From positions 1 through 40,570 of the forward strand of contig JABANN010000311.1 in assembly GCA_013115125.1 (NCBI GenBank): a stretch of DNA of 40,570 nt. The letters run 5' to 3'. Made by a program: the position numbers and the translations under genes. The notes beneath the pieces are model-generated. The model was not told the origin of the DNA and did no database searches. It saw only the letters and a program-made list of their open reading frames with translations. Position 1 is the first letter of the stretch. Every line of letters begins with the position of its first letter. Of the stretch, positions 23,038 to 36,549 are shown in pieces. This DNA comes from Perkinsus olseni. Its lineage: Eukaryota.

Positions 23038-23501
23038 TTGTGTTCAAGTAACGCTGTCACTGATCGCAGACGACGAGCTATCGATAGTTTGAGAATGCTA
23101 ATGAGCCGGAAGTGAGCTCTCTCAACACACATCGGTGTGAAGTGGAGAGCAACTTACAGGAAGGCTTTGTCTCAAGCATTCCCTTCTTCGACCTCGGATA
23201 TCACGGGTATTCTATTGGCATGCTAGTGGTATGCGTGTCCGACATTGTCGACCGCAAAGTCCCAATTCTGAATCTCCTCACGGCCGTTAGAACGCGTAAC
23301 AGCGAGGGACTGCATGATGGTATGAATACTGCTTTCAATCTCGAATTTGTACCATCGCTGCTCTATCCGTGTCTTCGAGCAAAGAAGTAGGCACAAGTCC
23401 AGTGGACTGTCGAGACATCTCGTAAAGTGCATGCTCATGGCAATACGGTTGTGATAATCTAGCTCTCTCGCACTGTCTCATTCGCTGCGGCATCGCGCTT
23501 C

Positions 23502-23801
23502 TTAATACTTCGTGCTTATTCGACCGAAGCCGCTTCGGCGAAGCGCATCGATGATATCAGGCCGACCGCGAGTATATCCGTTGAGTGAACGATGTTGGCA
23601 TGTCTTCATAGTCCTACGTGAATGGAGTTCATAGTCCAACACCGGTCTCGTTTTAGTTAGACTCTTGTCGGTGTGCTCAGTTTGGGACTCTCTGTAGCGT
23701 TTGATCTCTAAACTAAGATTCCTTACCCTCATAATAGAGTACCATTTGTCCCTCCCACTTCGAGGCTCTAACTCGAGTGTGTTGAACGCACTGTGTTCCA
23801 T
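23502..23801 (-). other. Possible exon(s) of a hypothetical gene
   Basis: 99-aa ORF with a true ATG and an internal strong donor (AGG|GTAAGG). No recognisable family. Confidence 0.2.
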
Positions 23802-24216
23802 ACATTCATCACGTCAACAGCACAGCAACAGAAGTAACAGTTTCTACAAAATATAATAACTAGAGATAATAGTTCATTATAATATTGGATATATTAGCCG
23901 GGCTAATAGCGTCTAATGGCAGGCTGTTCTCCGCCGTCCGCCAACACTGTCATCCCAAGTCTACACCACCATGTGATCAAACCGAGATCGAGCGTGCGAA
24001 AGTGAATTCAACGCAGAGACGACCCTTCGGGTAGTGGTGCAGTATGTGTTGACTGATAGCGTCCTCAGAGTCATCATCCTACTAGTAACACAAGAGGTGA
24101 TTATCACACAGAACATGACATGGATAAATATAAACACGTGAACAAGATGAACATATATTTACAGCTAAATCGTTAATCTGTTGGCTCTGTTCATCATTCG
24201 GCTCTTACTAATATCG

Positions 24217-25306
24217 TTAATTTCTTTGGGTCAATCCGTACCTCCAACTACCGACGACTTCCCAAGCCTCATAAGTCCCCCCCTCGTTGAAGTCTTTGAA
24301 CCATCGAGCTCTTGACGACTCATATCCTTTCGGCGGATTGTCGACCAAGAGGCTGAAGATTCTCCTACACTTGACATTGTCTTCCTTGGTGATGGGCAAG
24401 GAAGACCGCAGCTTCATCAGAACCTCATCATTGAAGTGAGCAAATGGGATCAAGGAAGCGAAATGCTGCAAGGCTTGTGGTAGGTGGTCGGTGATTGTGA
24501 TATCTATCGAATTAGCCCAGGAAACGATGTTAAGCTGTGTGAAGTCTTTGTTGTATCTAAGTGAGAAGCTCCTATACTCCTAAAGTCGTAGCCTACGACT
24601 CGTAGGTAAGCTAAGAAGAATTCTGCCTCAAAAACTGTGAGCACGCCAACTCATACTAGTCCAATTGGGTCAACACGAGCTGGCAATTGAGCCCAACACA
24701 TAATCCCGTGATCCCCACAAGATTCACGAATGTATCAATGGTGATGACTGCCACAAGCAGTAGAAGAGTCATAAGAAGTATCAATCTAATACTCTTCACG
24801 TAGTCACGGTTGCACGAAACACCATAGGCGGCCCTTACGTGGCTTGCTTAGAGCTCTTCCCAGATATATAGGTTCCCCTGATTGGGCTTGGACTGTCGGC
24901 AGAGGAGGCGAAGTAGATAGTCGTCTTAGTACCGTGGTCGTCCTTGTATGCGCACTCACCCTGTCCAGCCGTAATCGTGCCTCCGAGCTACATCGAAAAA
25001 GCAGTTGTTGAGGTGATGAAGTCCACCCGTGCAGCATTGGAACTAAACTTACCACCTACCTTTTGCACTTCAATGGAATCCGCCAACCCAAAAACTATCG
25101 CACTGAGTTCGTTCAATCGTTCGGTAATCCCAGTAACTCTTCCGTTAACTTCGAGTAATCCTTCACGTAGTGATTGAACCTACAGAGACTACAGACCGCA
25201 TGGGTTACCAATACACGCGTGCTACCTCGGATTGGCCCGTGGTACGGAGACTTGAGGCTTGTTCAGCGGCCAGAATCGATACAACAACGACGCGAGAGAG
25301 AACCAT
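24217..25306 (-). CDS. Putative secreted lineage-specific protein (signal peptide, coiled-coil, globular C-terminal domain)
   Basis: MVLSRVVVVSILAAEQASSLR|VQSLREGLLEVNGRVTGITERLNELS...; in-frame spliced exons lead to a last exon EYRSFSLRY...LIPFAHF...CRRIFSLLVDNPPKGY...WFKDF...*. Confidence 0.6.
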
Positions 25307-26028
25307 GGACTTGAGGAAGAGGAAGGAATTCAAACTCGCACGAATACTCAAATCTAGATGTTGAACCCTTACAGTTCAAAATGGGCACCCGGCGCTTCTC
25401 CAAGCAACCTCCGGGCCCACTAGATGGCCCAGCCTGATTAGCCACTTAGTTGGCATGAGTTGGCTATCACAGGCTACATTCATTATCAACAACTTCACTT
25501 GGGGAACACATGGAAAGAATCCCTCGACCGCCGTCGAGCGACTCACAGCGTTTCGCCCCTCGATGGCGAGCGAGTGGTTATGTGCCATACGTCAACCCGG
25601 TAGACGTGTGACAGCGCCCGTCTGATATCACGCAGAATCGTTAACTGCAAGATACTATGATGGTGATGAGTATTCGTCGACAATCGTCGACACCGTAGAG
25701 ACGATTTATGTTGTCCTCTCAGTTGGATTATCTCTGCCGCTCGATTGCCTTCAAAGTTTGTGTCTCCAATGATTCATCTTCAGCAACCGTTGGCATCGAC
25801 ATCCGATCGACAACCCCGATTGGACTGTCACGGGATAAGGCCAGTGGTGCAGAATTAAAGTCACTCGCTCAGGATGTGCGTCTATTGTTCGCCTGGGCTA
25901 AATTGCATTCAAATACACATGCCCAAGATCACCTTCTAGGCGGCACGATACGAACTGACCCAAGCGAATCCGGACCCTCGGGGAAATTAAGCTCGATCCG
26001 CATCTACCGAAAGCAAATTGAATCCCCC

Positions 26029-26295
26029 TTAACATCGATAGCCCACATAGAACAAGATGGCCAGTCTTCTCGAACCGGCGATACTAACACCGCAAAAGAC
26101 AGCGTAATATTCGATATCGAAAGGCACCGGCTGCCCTGTCCCATCCTCAACCACATTGTATTGTACGTCTAGACTACTCAACAGAATTAAAGACCCTCTG
26201 AAACTCGCTCCTCCTTTGTCGGCATCCGGTAGTAGTGTATTAGTAAAAGTGATGATGGAGATAGTAACAAAGGCACGGGTATCTAATGGTTCCAT
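26029..26295 (-). other. Possible first exon(s) of a hypothetical or decayed gene
   Basis: ATG ~125 nt after the HSP70 stop, with splice-like signals; I could not assemble a consistent reading frame downstream. Confidence 0.2.
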
Positions 26296-26420
26296 ACAAT
26301 ATTGAGCAGCCCCACCACAATCGGTGATGAATCGGAAACGGGATACACTAGGTCGTTAAAGTAGCAGCACCAACTGTTGCACGAGTGGAAAATACCAACA
26401 AATGACTATGACCGCGACAG

Positions 26421-28969
<2,549 letters not shown>

Positions 28970-29148
28970 TCAGTGCTACTATTGCACGAAAAATGCAGGA
29001 AACACAATCATTTTAGCTGCGCCCGGATGATCGGCACCAGCCGTCAAGGAAAAGATACGCACCAACACGCATACGCAAAGAGTGTGAATGATGGAGAAGA
29101 AGTCCTCTGTTGTACACAACGCGATGGTTGATGACAATAAAGTGCTGC

Positions 29149-30432
29149 TCAGGAGCCATTAACACAATAGAACTGCTCATGCCAAGGCATCTCGGCCGTC
29201 AATGCCGACCGGCTGGAGCTGTTACCGTAGCTCACGCCGTCCGGGCCCGCCTGAAACATGGCGTAGAGATGGCACAGAGGCCCTGTAGATGTTACCTCGA
29301 CCGCGATCTCGGGATACTCCTCGTTGATGGTCTTTATCAAAGCTTCGTAGAACCATCTACTGCCAGAAGGGCTAAAGTGAAGGCCATCACGCAGGAAGGA
29401 GCGCCAGCCGGCCTCCCGTTGCATCCCATCGAAGGTGTTGAGGACTGGAATCTGAATAAACAACTGTGGCCCAGACCAAGAAGCAGGCTGTTATCCTCAC
29501 CTGACTTCTCTCACCAACTTGCTCGACTGCCTTGGAGTACTCTTCCGTGAATTGGAGCTTACGATTGGGCTGGTCCGGTGCAGAGGCACCAAACCTGGCC
29601 TTACCGTCAGCGACTATTGCATCGCCGTTGATCGGGGGCGGGGTGATCAGGATGAGGCGGGAAGTGAACTGATAAAGAAGAAGTATTGGCAGTTAAGGCT
29701 GACGCGAATACACCAAGGGGAGTCCGACATGCGCTGACGCATCTCGGCAATAGTCCAGAGCGTCCCTAGCTGAGCACATGGTCGAGCACTATTTCTAAGC
29801 CGGAACTGGCGTTGGACTATAAACTCCACGAACCAACGACGAAGACTAGCTCTTCTCAGGACTCCTACGAGAAAGGAATCACATTACTGGAGAAAACGAA
29901 CAAACCAAGCAGCAGACTGCAGGCGGGATAACAAGAACCGAACAGGAGTATCCAATGGCCGCCTACGGGCTTAGCTAAGTCCACGATCTCCTCCAGGGCA
30001 CCGCGGAACTTCTCCACTGGAACGTGTTTGCTCTCGGACCTACCAACCTCATAATCGACAGGCCATACCGCCGTGCATTCTCTTACCCCGAGGAGTTCAC
30101 CATGCCTGGTAGCTGAGAGTCGTTGGCGCCCAAAAAGATGACAACTAACAGGAGCGGCCCTCCTGCCATATGAGGCGATCCCTTTTTGAAAATGTGGCGT
30201 GCCACTTCAAGGGTCATCGGGGTGTTGTAGCCAGAGTACCTAGGATGCACTTTCTGATGAAAAAACAGTAAACCAGACTGACTCACCCTCTGTTGATAAT
30301 ATCAGCCCTTCTCTGATATCTGTCGGCCAGGAGACCGGCCCATCCGTCCACTCCCGAAAAACTCTGCTGTGTTACCGAGTCGCCCAGGAGGAGTATCCGC
30401 CCTCGGCAGGTATCGTAATTATGGGACTGCAT
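29149..30432 (-). CDS. IAH1: SGNH/GDSL hydrolase, isoamyl acetate-hydrolysing esterase-like
   Basis: ILLLGDSVTQ, GWAGLLADRYQRRADIINRGYSGYNT, VIFLGANDS, HVPVEKF and FLRDGLHFS give all SGNH blocks in IAH1 form. Confidence 0.9.
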
Positions 30433-30560
30433 CGTCAACTGATTCACGATCTCCCCGACGACTCTGGTGAACTCAACCCCAACATGGCCTCAGAAACACC
30501 CACGACAGAGACAGCTACGCATGCAGTGCCAGCAGAGGCCATCACTACTCAGCATCGTTA

Positions 30561-32520
30561 TCATTTTCCCTTACACCAGCCCTGACCGTCCACTCCGCAG
30601 CCGGTGACATCTTCACAGTATAGCCGTTCCTTTGTGCCACTGTGTGTCGAAGCTTGTGGATCCACCGAGGCCTGGCCTGGCGATAAGAAGCACGATACCG
30701 AGAGAGAAGCCCCCCGGTCGAACCTTATCGTTAACGTAGTAGAAACCATCGATGGGCTCATAGACGATCTTCTCGGCCGGGTCCACGACAGGGAAGAACA
30801 ATGAGCCAACGTCTCCGAACTCCCGGTCTGAAATGTCGCGCGCCATGAAATGCCCGACGTGAGAGGAGGGAAGTACTGGGTGCCGTTCCAGTATAGAATC
30901 CCCAGTGAGCCTTGTCGCTGGCATCAGCAGGATGCAACTGCGGCTTCCCGATGAGCTCGGAGATATCATAAATACTGAAAATATACAAAATATCGGCGGA
31001 GCGAAGCACCGTAAGAACTACTTACTCTCTCCAGCCCTCATCCAGGACTTCTCTCATTGCGGCTTCTCGACTGGACTGAGCAGTGCCACGGACTATATGG
31101 CCGATGAAATTGACGAAGGACAGACTCATAGACGAGGCGTCGTTGCCGTCATCCAGCAGCTCAGTAGCCAAAGGCGACAACAATGTGGCGAGCCTAGAGA
31201 GCACTCCCTTGGAGGAAAGGCAAGCGGCCTCATCGCTTCTACCGTATCCGATAGGCATCGACAGCAGTGAGCTCATCTTCCCTGTCACCAGCACATGCCG
31301 CAGATGCCTCCAGGAGCGCCCTGTGGTCTAATGGAGATGGCGAGGTGAGGAGGCGCACCAGCACTAGCGAGGCCAGAGTAGGGTGCCGTGGTGGTGCACT
31401 GGACCTGTTGTTTAAAATTTCCGTCGGCGCTTCAGTATGGTGGCAAATAACGACCGGTACGCCAGCAGCAGGATAAAGTCAGCTTACCCCAACAGCCCCA
31501 TGATCTTCGCTGTAACGCCCTCGCACTCCGACTCGATGGCAGCCCCCATGCAGTGACCCAGATACATATGGGTCGTTCGATCCGTCGAGGGCCCTTCTAA
31601 CACCTAGACGAGGCACACTCCCGCCATGTGGCTGCCAGGGAGGGAGCCTCGCCTTGTCCACTAAGGCAGCCAATTGATCATCAGCGATTTTACATCCTCG
31701 GGCGGCGGCCCGGTGAGCTAGTACAGGCGCTGCTTCTAATTCGAGAGACCCGTCTGAACCGGAGTGATCCTGATACTGGATGCGCCAAGTTTTTATCTCA
31801 CCGCTCCACGACGCAGCGGGATCCTCAGCACCAGCGGCATCACCGTTGAAGGTACCAAAACCATAGAAGTTGGATACGCTGTTGAAGGCAGCCAGTGGGC
31901 CCTGGTCGGTCCTGGTGACGATGGCAGGCCGGCCCACAGTGACAGAATCTAAGGTCGATAAAAACACTGCCACTCGGGCTCTATCCGAGCTTCATCCCGA
32001 TTGCTAATCAGGCGGGAAGGAGAGGTCTACGCGTGTCTCCGATGGAGGCCATGCGAGCCCGGCGCGACGGTCATCAGTCATCTCAACCAGCCAACCGGCG
32101 CCCGCAAGTAGCACAGGCCTCCAACAACAGCAGTAGTCCTTGCGGTCAAGCGACGCACGGACATGCCGGCCGATCGCCGCGCAAGATCGACCAGCGAAAC
32201 GTGCCCAACCAATAATTACCTAGGCGGCCAGCGTGGTCCGTAGCCGGTGCTGCACAGAAGTGCCGCCGCCGTACCCCGGATAGCCTGGTCCGTGTTATTC
32301 CTGTTGACCGGACGAAGAGGACGCAGAGCATCCACTTCAATGCTGAACTTCGCGTTAACGACCGAGTATTGAACCGAATATCCGCCGCCGGCACAGCAGG
32401 AAAGCTGAAGTCTCACGCGCCGCAAAATGCCGCGTGCGCCCGGACATCACTGGCAGTGCGCTGCCGTCGGTATGTGCTTACCCTGACCACTGGGGTGCTT
32501 CTAAGGTGGTTCTGTGGCAT
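30561..32520 (-). CDS. Hypothetical multi-exon protein
   Basis: MPQNHLRSTPVVR|LSCCAGGGYSVQYSVV... joins in frame. Further exons lie in ORFs 31479..31973, 31022..31294, 30613..30969 and 30561..30809. No family recognised. Confidence 0.5.
30839..30850 (-). promoter_or_regulatory. TTTCATGGCGCG motif variant, intronic
   Basis: 11/12 match just upstream of the acceptor TTTCAG. Confidence 0.55.
32416..32427 (-). promoter_or_regulatory. TTTTGCGGCGCG motif variant, first intron
   Basis: 10/12 match. It is followed by TGAGACTTC, and CGCGTGAGACTTC also occurs in the motif-bearing intron near 8310. Confidence 0.45.
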
Positions 32521-32691
32521 GTCTCATGTCAACGAGCTTGGATCAAAATGGTCCATGTTTTGTGAGTTGAAATAGAGTAAAGAGTGGGATTAAAAAACGC
32601 CGGTTTTGATAATGAATTGTCCCATCATGATGACCGCGGGCTGCTAGGCACCGTCAAGACTACTGCTGTTTATTGCTTTCAATTGTAAACA

Positions 32692-33445
32692 ATGGTCTTC
32701 GAGCCCTTCGCCACCTTCGCTCACCCAGTTGTCTCGGCTGGTGTTGCTGTACTAGTTCTTTATGGCGCGAAGAAGGGCTTAGAGTAAGGTGTTCGTCAGC
32801 TGGACTCAGTCCAGTGGACTGCTTCCTGTGAACCACCGAGTGTCCGTAGATGAAGTCGCTTGATGGAGTTGAAGTAATCAAACCTTCAGTTCCCGAGCGA
32901 CGACGACGACGACGAGCTCGCCGTCCGAGCTCAAGGAAGCTCGTGGTGAGAGGCACGCCAAAGTGATGTACCTGGCCACTGGCCTCTCATTCGGTACAGC
33001 AGCATTCGGCACGGCAATGATGGCAGCATTGCAGGATGGCGAGGATGATATCGAGGTGAGCCCGTACGGTGTTTTCTCGCCTGCGTACCAACGCGCTCGT
33101 GTTTGTCGTGTTGCAGTTCGGAGCGCTCTGTGCAAACGCTGGCTGGGTTCAGGGTCTAATTTGATCGATTGATAGTTGAATGCCACTGACGCTAACTGTG
33201 AGTCCACAGGTCCTACAGTCGCCTCATGCGCGCTTGGCCGGCCTCTTCCTATCCGCGATGAGCGTCAACTTCGCACTCTCACAAGGACTCTTCGGGAAGT
33301 TTGATAAGTACGGCTGAGATAAACCGATGCTCGTTCCCCTGGAAGCCTTAGGTCGAAGCGTGGACTTCACGCTTACATTGGATACGCTATAGCCTTCGGA
33401 GCAGTCGCCCAGTGGATGTCGGGCATACGCCTCCTGCTAGCTTGA
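32692..33445 (+). CDS. Four-TM, four-His membrane protein, DUF4079 / cytochrome b561-like (4 exons)
   Basis: Spliced: MVFEPFATFAHPVVSAGVAVLVLYGAKKGL...ERHAKVMYLATGLSFGTAAFG...VLQSPHARLAGLFLSAMSVNFALS...KRGLHAYIGYAIAFGAVAQWMSGIRLLLA*. The HP / RH / SPH / R.LH / Q..SG pattern fits my recollection of DUF4079. Confidence 0.7.
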
Positions 33446-33817
33446 AGTAGCATGCGTGTTTATCCTTTGCAGCGTTTCTCAGCCATCGGTTGTTGTGTCT
33501 TCTATTGGTTGGGAAAAGAAAAATTTACTGATGTTTCACAGACGGAGCTGCCTTCCTCCTGGTACCTTGAAGCCTTCAAGGCATCAACGCTCTGGGAAGA
33601 TACGATAGGAGCTGAGGATAGAGAACTGAATGTCCGCTCTTGCTCGTGAGCTCGAGGAGCGGCTTGCCGGGGAAGATCGGCCGCGCGTTCAGGGCTTTCT
33701 CTTCATCGCAGCACATAGAAACGTATCTCAGTTATACTCATATTAACGAAGACCGATCTAACAACGGCTTCAAAGAAACAGTACGATACAATAAGCAAAT
33801 ACATACATTCAGTGTAC

Positions 33818-36325
33818 TCAATCGAAGAGATGTGGCCCGAGAACCCCGTCATCAGCAACGCCCCGCACATGAGCGTCCAAGGCGAGGAGAGTATACGCGT
33901 CCAATGCAGCGTACTTCTTCTGGCTCTCCGATAGAGGCCTATCAGCCCACTCGCTGCACTGCTCAGTCTTGTCGAGGTACGCTCGCAGTTGACCAGCAAC
34001 ATGCCGCTGAAGACTCCCTCGTTTGTCCGTCTGAACGTCGGTTACTTGGCACTTCTTCAACTGCGGTATCCTCTCTACGTCGGCAGAGATGCTAAAGCCA
34101 AGCACCCGAGGGACGTCAATCAGCGCCGAGAAGAGACTCGACGACTGCCTGATCTCGGGTGTTAACATGTCGACGAGATAGACTGTGCGAGGAGTCGCCA
34201 CTTGGAAAAGGGCTGCTCCCGGGCCTGAACTCCACTCGACGTCAATGCCGATGGTGCGGTACTGCGCGATGTCCTCCACGCAACCTGAGAGCTCGGTCTC
34301 AGAGGACACCCATTTGACGGGAACCTCGGCCGACAGCGTAACCAGGGGCATGTCTCCACGAACGATCGGCTTCAAGTGATCCGGCCCTCTCGCGTGACGC
34401 GAAGTACGCGAGCTGCTTCCCTTCACAGGGTTCCACAACTGAGCCTGATCTGGCCTTTTTTCAGCAGCTCTGAGGTTGGCATCGCTCTCACACTGCTGGC
34501 ACAAAAGCCTCAGCCCAGCGATGAAAGCAGTATCCTCGCCTCCACGAGCGACATACCGCTGCACCGCCCCCTCGACCGACGCCTTGCTCGGCTCGACATC
34601 AAAACACCTACAAAGCTTCTGGATGACCATCGGTGAGACGGAGTCATCGTCCAAACACTTGTTGACGGTGAGCACCAGACTTCTTCCCATAGTGCATCGC
34701 CAGCCATATTTCCTCAGTCCCTCAACCGCTTCCAAGATAGCGTGGACCTCCTCCTGACCCAAGCTGCTGTCCTCTAAGCACAGATGGAGCACAAGATCAC
34801 TGACAGCCTGCGAGCCCTCTTCGCGCATCAGCTCGTTTAGTTCGTACGTTATCGCACTACGCAATCTTTGCGACTGCGCTCGGCCGAGGCCCCGGCCAGA
34901 TTTCTTGGGAGGGTGTCGAGCAATGCAGGCGGAACGCCAGTCGCTGATCGAATCGATCCATTGGTGGATATCCTTGAGGTCGTTCAAGTTCGTCAGCGGC
35001 TCACCGGGCTTCTCTAGCTTCGGTGGAGCCTTCGGCTGATCACACATGCGAACGTCCTGCAGGTCGATTCCCTTCACGGCCTCGAACATGGAGTCCACCC
35101 TACCACTCTTCCGCAGAATCTCGTACAGCGATTCTTGGAACGCCGCGCAGCTTCTCGTCTCCACGTGGCAGTCCTCAGACTCAGATGAGACATCTCTCTC
35201 GACCACCCATTTATTGGGCAGGATAAACCCGCGGCTCGCTTCAACGTATCTTCCGCCGTCGTCCTCGTCGGGCACGCACACCGCGACCATCACAGGCCGC
35301 TTTGAGCTGGCCTCGGTGAACTCGTGGATGGACTTCACTATCCCTTCAAGACCGACTAGCGGGACCGGTTCAATCCCGATAGCCTCATCACCCATGAGCT
35401 CCGTGCCATCGTCGGAGCCAACGCTAGGAGACATCCAGTAGCGTTTATGAGTAATCATGGCGAACCTCGCAGCGGTGCCGTAGTAATCTAGGATGTCTCC
35501 AAGGACTTCTTCGGAGTCCTGTTGCACCCACCAACCCTTAGGGTGCTCCTGACCTAGCAGCTCGTACTTGAGCTTGGACTTGCACTGCGGAAGGTCTTTG
35601 AAAACGTCCCATGCATAAAACACGCATCCCCGAAGCAGCCACATGTGTTCAACATCGCCTCCGCACTTCTCTGCGAGCCACTGCTTGACAGTAGGGTGCT
35701 CAGCAACCGAAAGCTTTCGACGGGTCTCGACGATCCGCCATGCGAGACTCTCGTAGAGAAAAGGGCCGCTAAAACGAGTAGCGAGAATGTCAGTCTCCTT
35801 AGGTGACATGGTGACACTGAAGTGGATGGACGCCTCCAGATGGAACCGCTCCGGGATGTTGTCATCCTCAAACTCGGTCTTATTCCGCACCACCAAAAAC
35901 TTGAGACTGGTCAGCTCGCCATGATTCTCGTCGCTCAGGATGCCCTGGCGACACCAAACGTTCTTTGCGTTGATGGCGGGGTTGTGCTCCAATAGGAACT
36001 GCAGCAGGCAAGTGAAGTAGTGGCCGAGCCGATGGGCCGTCTTCGAGTCCTGTATGTACTCTCGCAGCTCCTCAGGGTGCTCGTCCAGAGCTGCGAACCA
36101 ATCCTGTGACCGCCGAATCACGAAGTCCAGCTGCGAGGCACCCCACGTGGGAACGTTCGTGGTTTGTTTGGAGCCTTCAGAAAGCAAGTGGTGAGAGCTG
36201 CAGATCCAGTGAAGGTCACGAACCAACTTATGGCGGTAGGAGGTGATGGGCCGCACTGAACCGACGGTGGTGGAGGATGTCTCCGTGGATGACATCGTCG
36301 AGGAATCAGAGGAGTCTTCGGGCAT
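33818..36325 (-). CDS. Intronless fusion: DUF1853-like (PD-(D/E)XK fold) domain plus C-terminal DEDDy 3'-5' exonuclease (MUT-7/EXD3/WRN-type)
   Basis: N-half: LVRDLHWICSS, RLGHYF...FLL, HLEASIHF, FSGPFLYESL, LRGCVFY, GWW. C-terminus: IGIDVEW, ALFQVAT, VYLVDM, LGF...D, LDKTEQCSEWADRPLSESQKKYAALDAY. Likely start MPEDSS at 36325; the ORF is open up to 36553. Confidence 0.8.
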   Translation of the reverse strand: MPEDSSDSSTMSSTETSSTTVGSVRPITSYRHKLVRDLHWICSSHHLLSEGSKQTTNVPTWGASQLDFVIRRSQDWFAALDEHPEELREYIQDSKTAHRLGHYFTCLLQFLLEHNPAINAKNVWCRQGILSDENHGELTSLKFLVVRNKTEFEDDNIPERFHLEASIHFSVTMSPKETDILATRFSGPFLYESLAWRIVETRRKLSVAEHPTVKQWLAEKCGGDVEHMWLLRGCVFYAWDVFKDLPQCKSKLKYELLGQEHPKGWWVQQDSEEVLGDILDYYGTAARFAMITHKRYWMSPSVGSDDGTELMGDEAIGIEPVPLVGLEGIVKSIHEFTEASSKRPVMVAVCVPDEDDGGRYVEASRGFILPNKWVVERDVSSESEDCHVETRSCAAFQESLYEILRKSGRVDSMFEAVKGIDLQDVRMCDQPKAPPKLEKPGEPLTNLNDLKDIHQWIDSISDWRSACIARHPPKKSGRGLGRAQSQRLRSAITYELNELMREEGSQAVSDLVLHLCLEDSSLGQEEVHAILEAVEGLRKYGWRCTMGRSLVLTVNKCLDDDSVSPMVIQKLCRCFDVEPSKASVEGAVQRYVARGGEDTAFIAGLRLLCQQCESDANLRAAEKRPDQAQLWNPVKGSSSRTSRHARGPDHLKPIVRGDMPLVTLSAEVPVKWVSSETELSGCVEDIAQYRTIGIDVEWSSGPGAALFQVATPRTVYLVDMLTPEIRQSSSLFSALIDVPRVLGFSISADVERIPQLKKCQVTDVQTDKRGSLQRHVAGQLRAYLDKTEQCSEWADRPLSESQKKYAALDAYTLLALDAHVRGVADDGVLGPHLFD

Positions 36326-36549
36326 GTCGATGAACAGGCAGTCAGCAAAATCTAAGGAACTACTATCCGCGAATTTCTTTTTTCGATTTTTTTTCGCTCT
36401 GCTGCCCGCGCATGCACAGGATGCACAGTGCACCAAGCACTCTCCCACGTGCGAGAGAGGGTGGCTCGACGCAGTCACGAATTCGGAAAGAAGCGAGGAC
36501 GTGGAGGGAACGCTGAGCATCATCGACATCAGAAACAATTGAAAGCATC

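Noticed and set aside
25708-26172. 154-aa + strand ORF
   Set aside because: No family similarity, and local splice signals point to the minus strand.
32758-32769. CTTTATGGCGCG, resembling the 12-mer motif
   Set aside because: Three mismatches, and it encodes LYGA in an exon; explained by coding.
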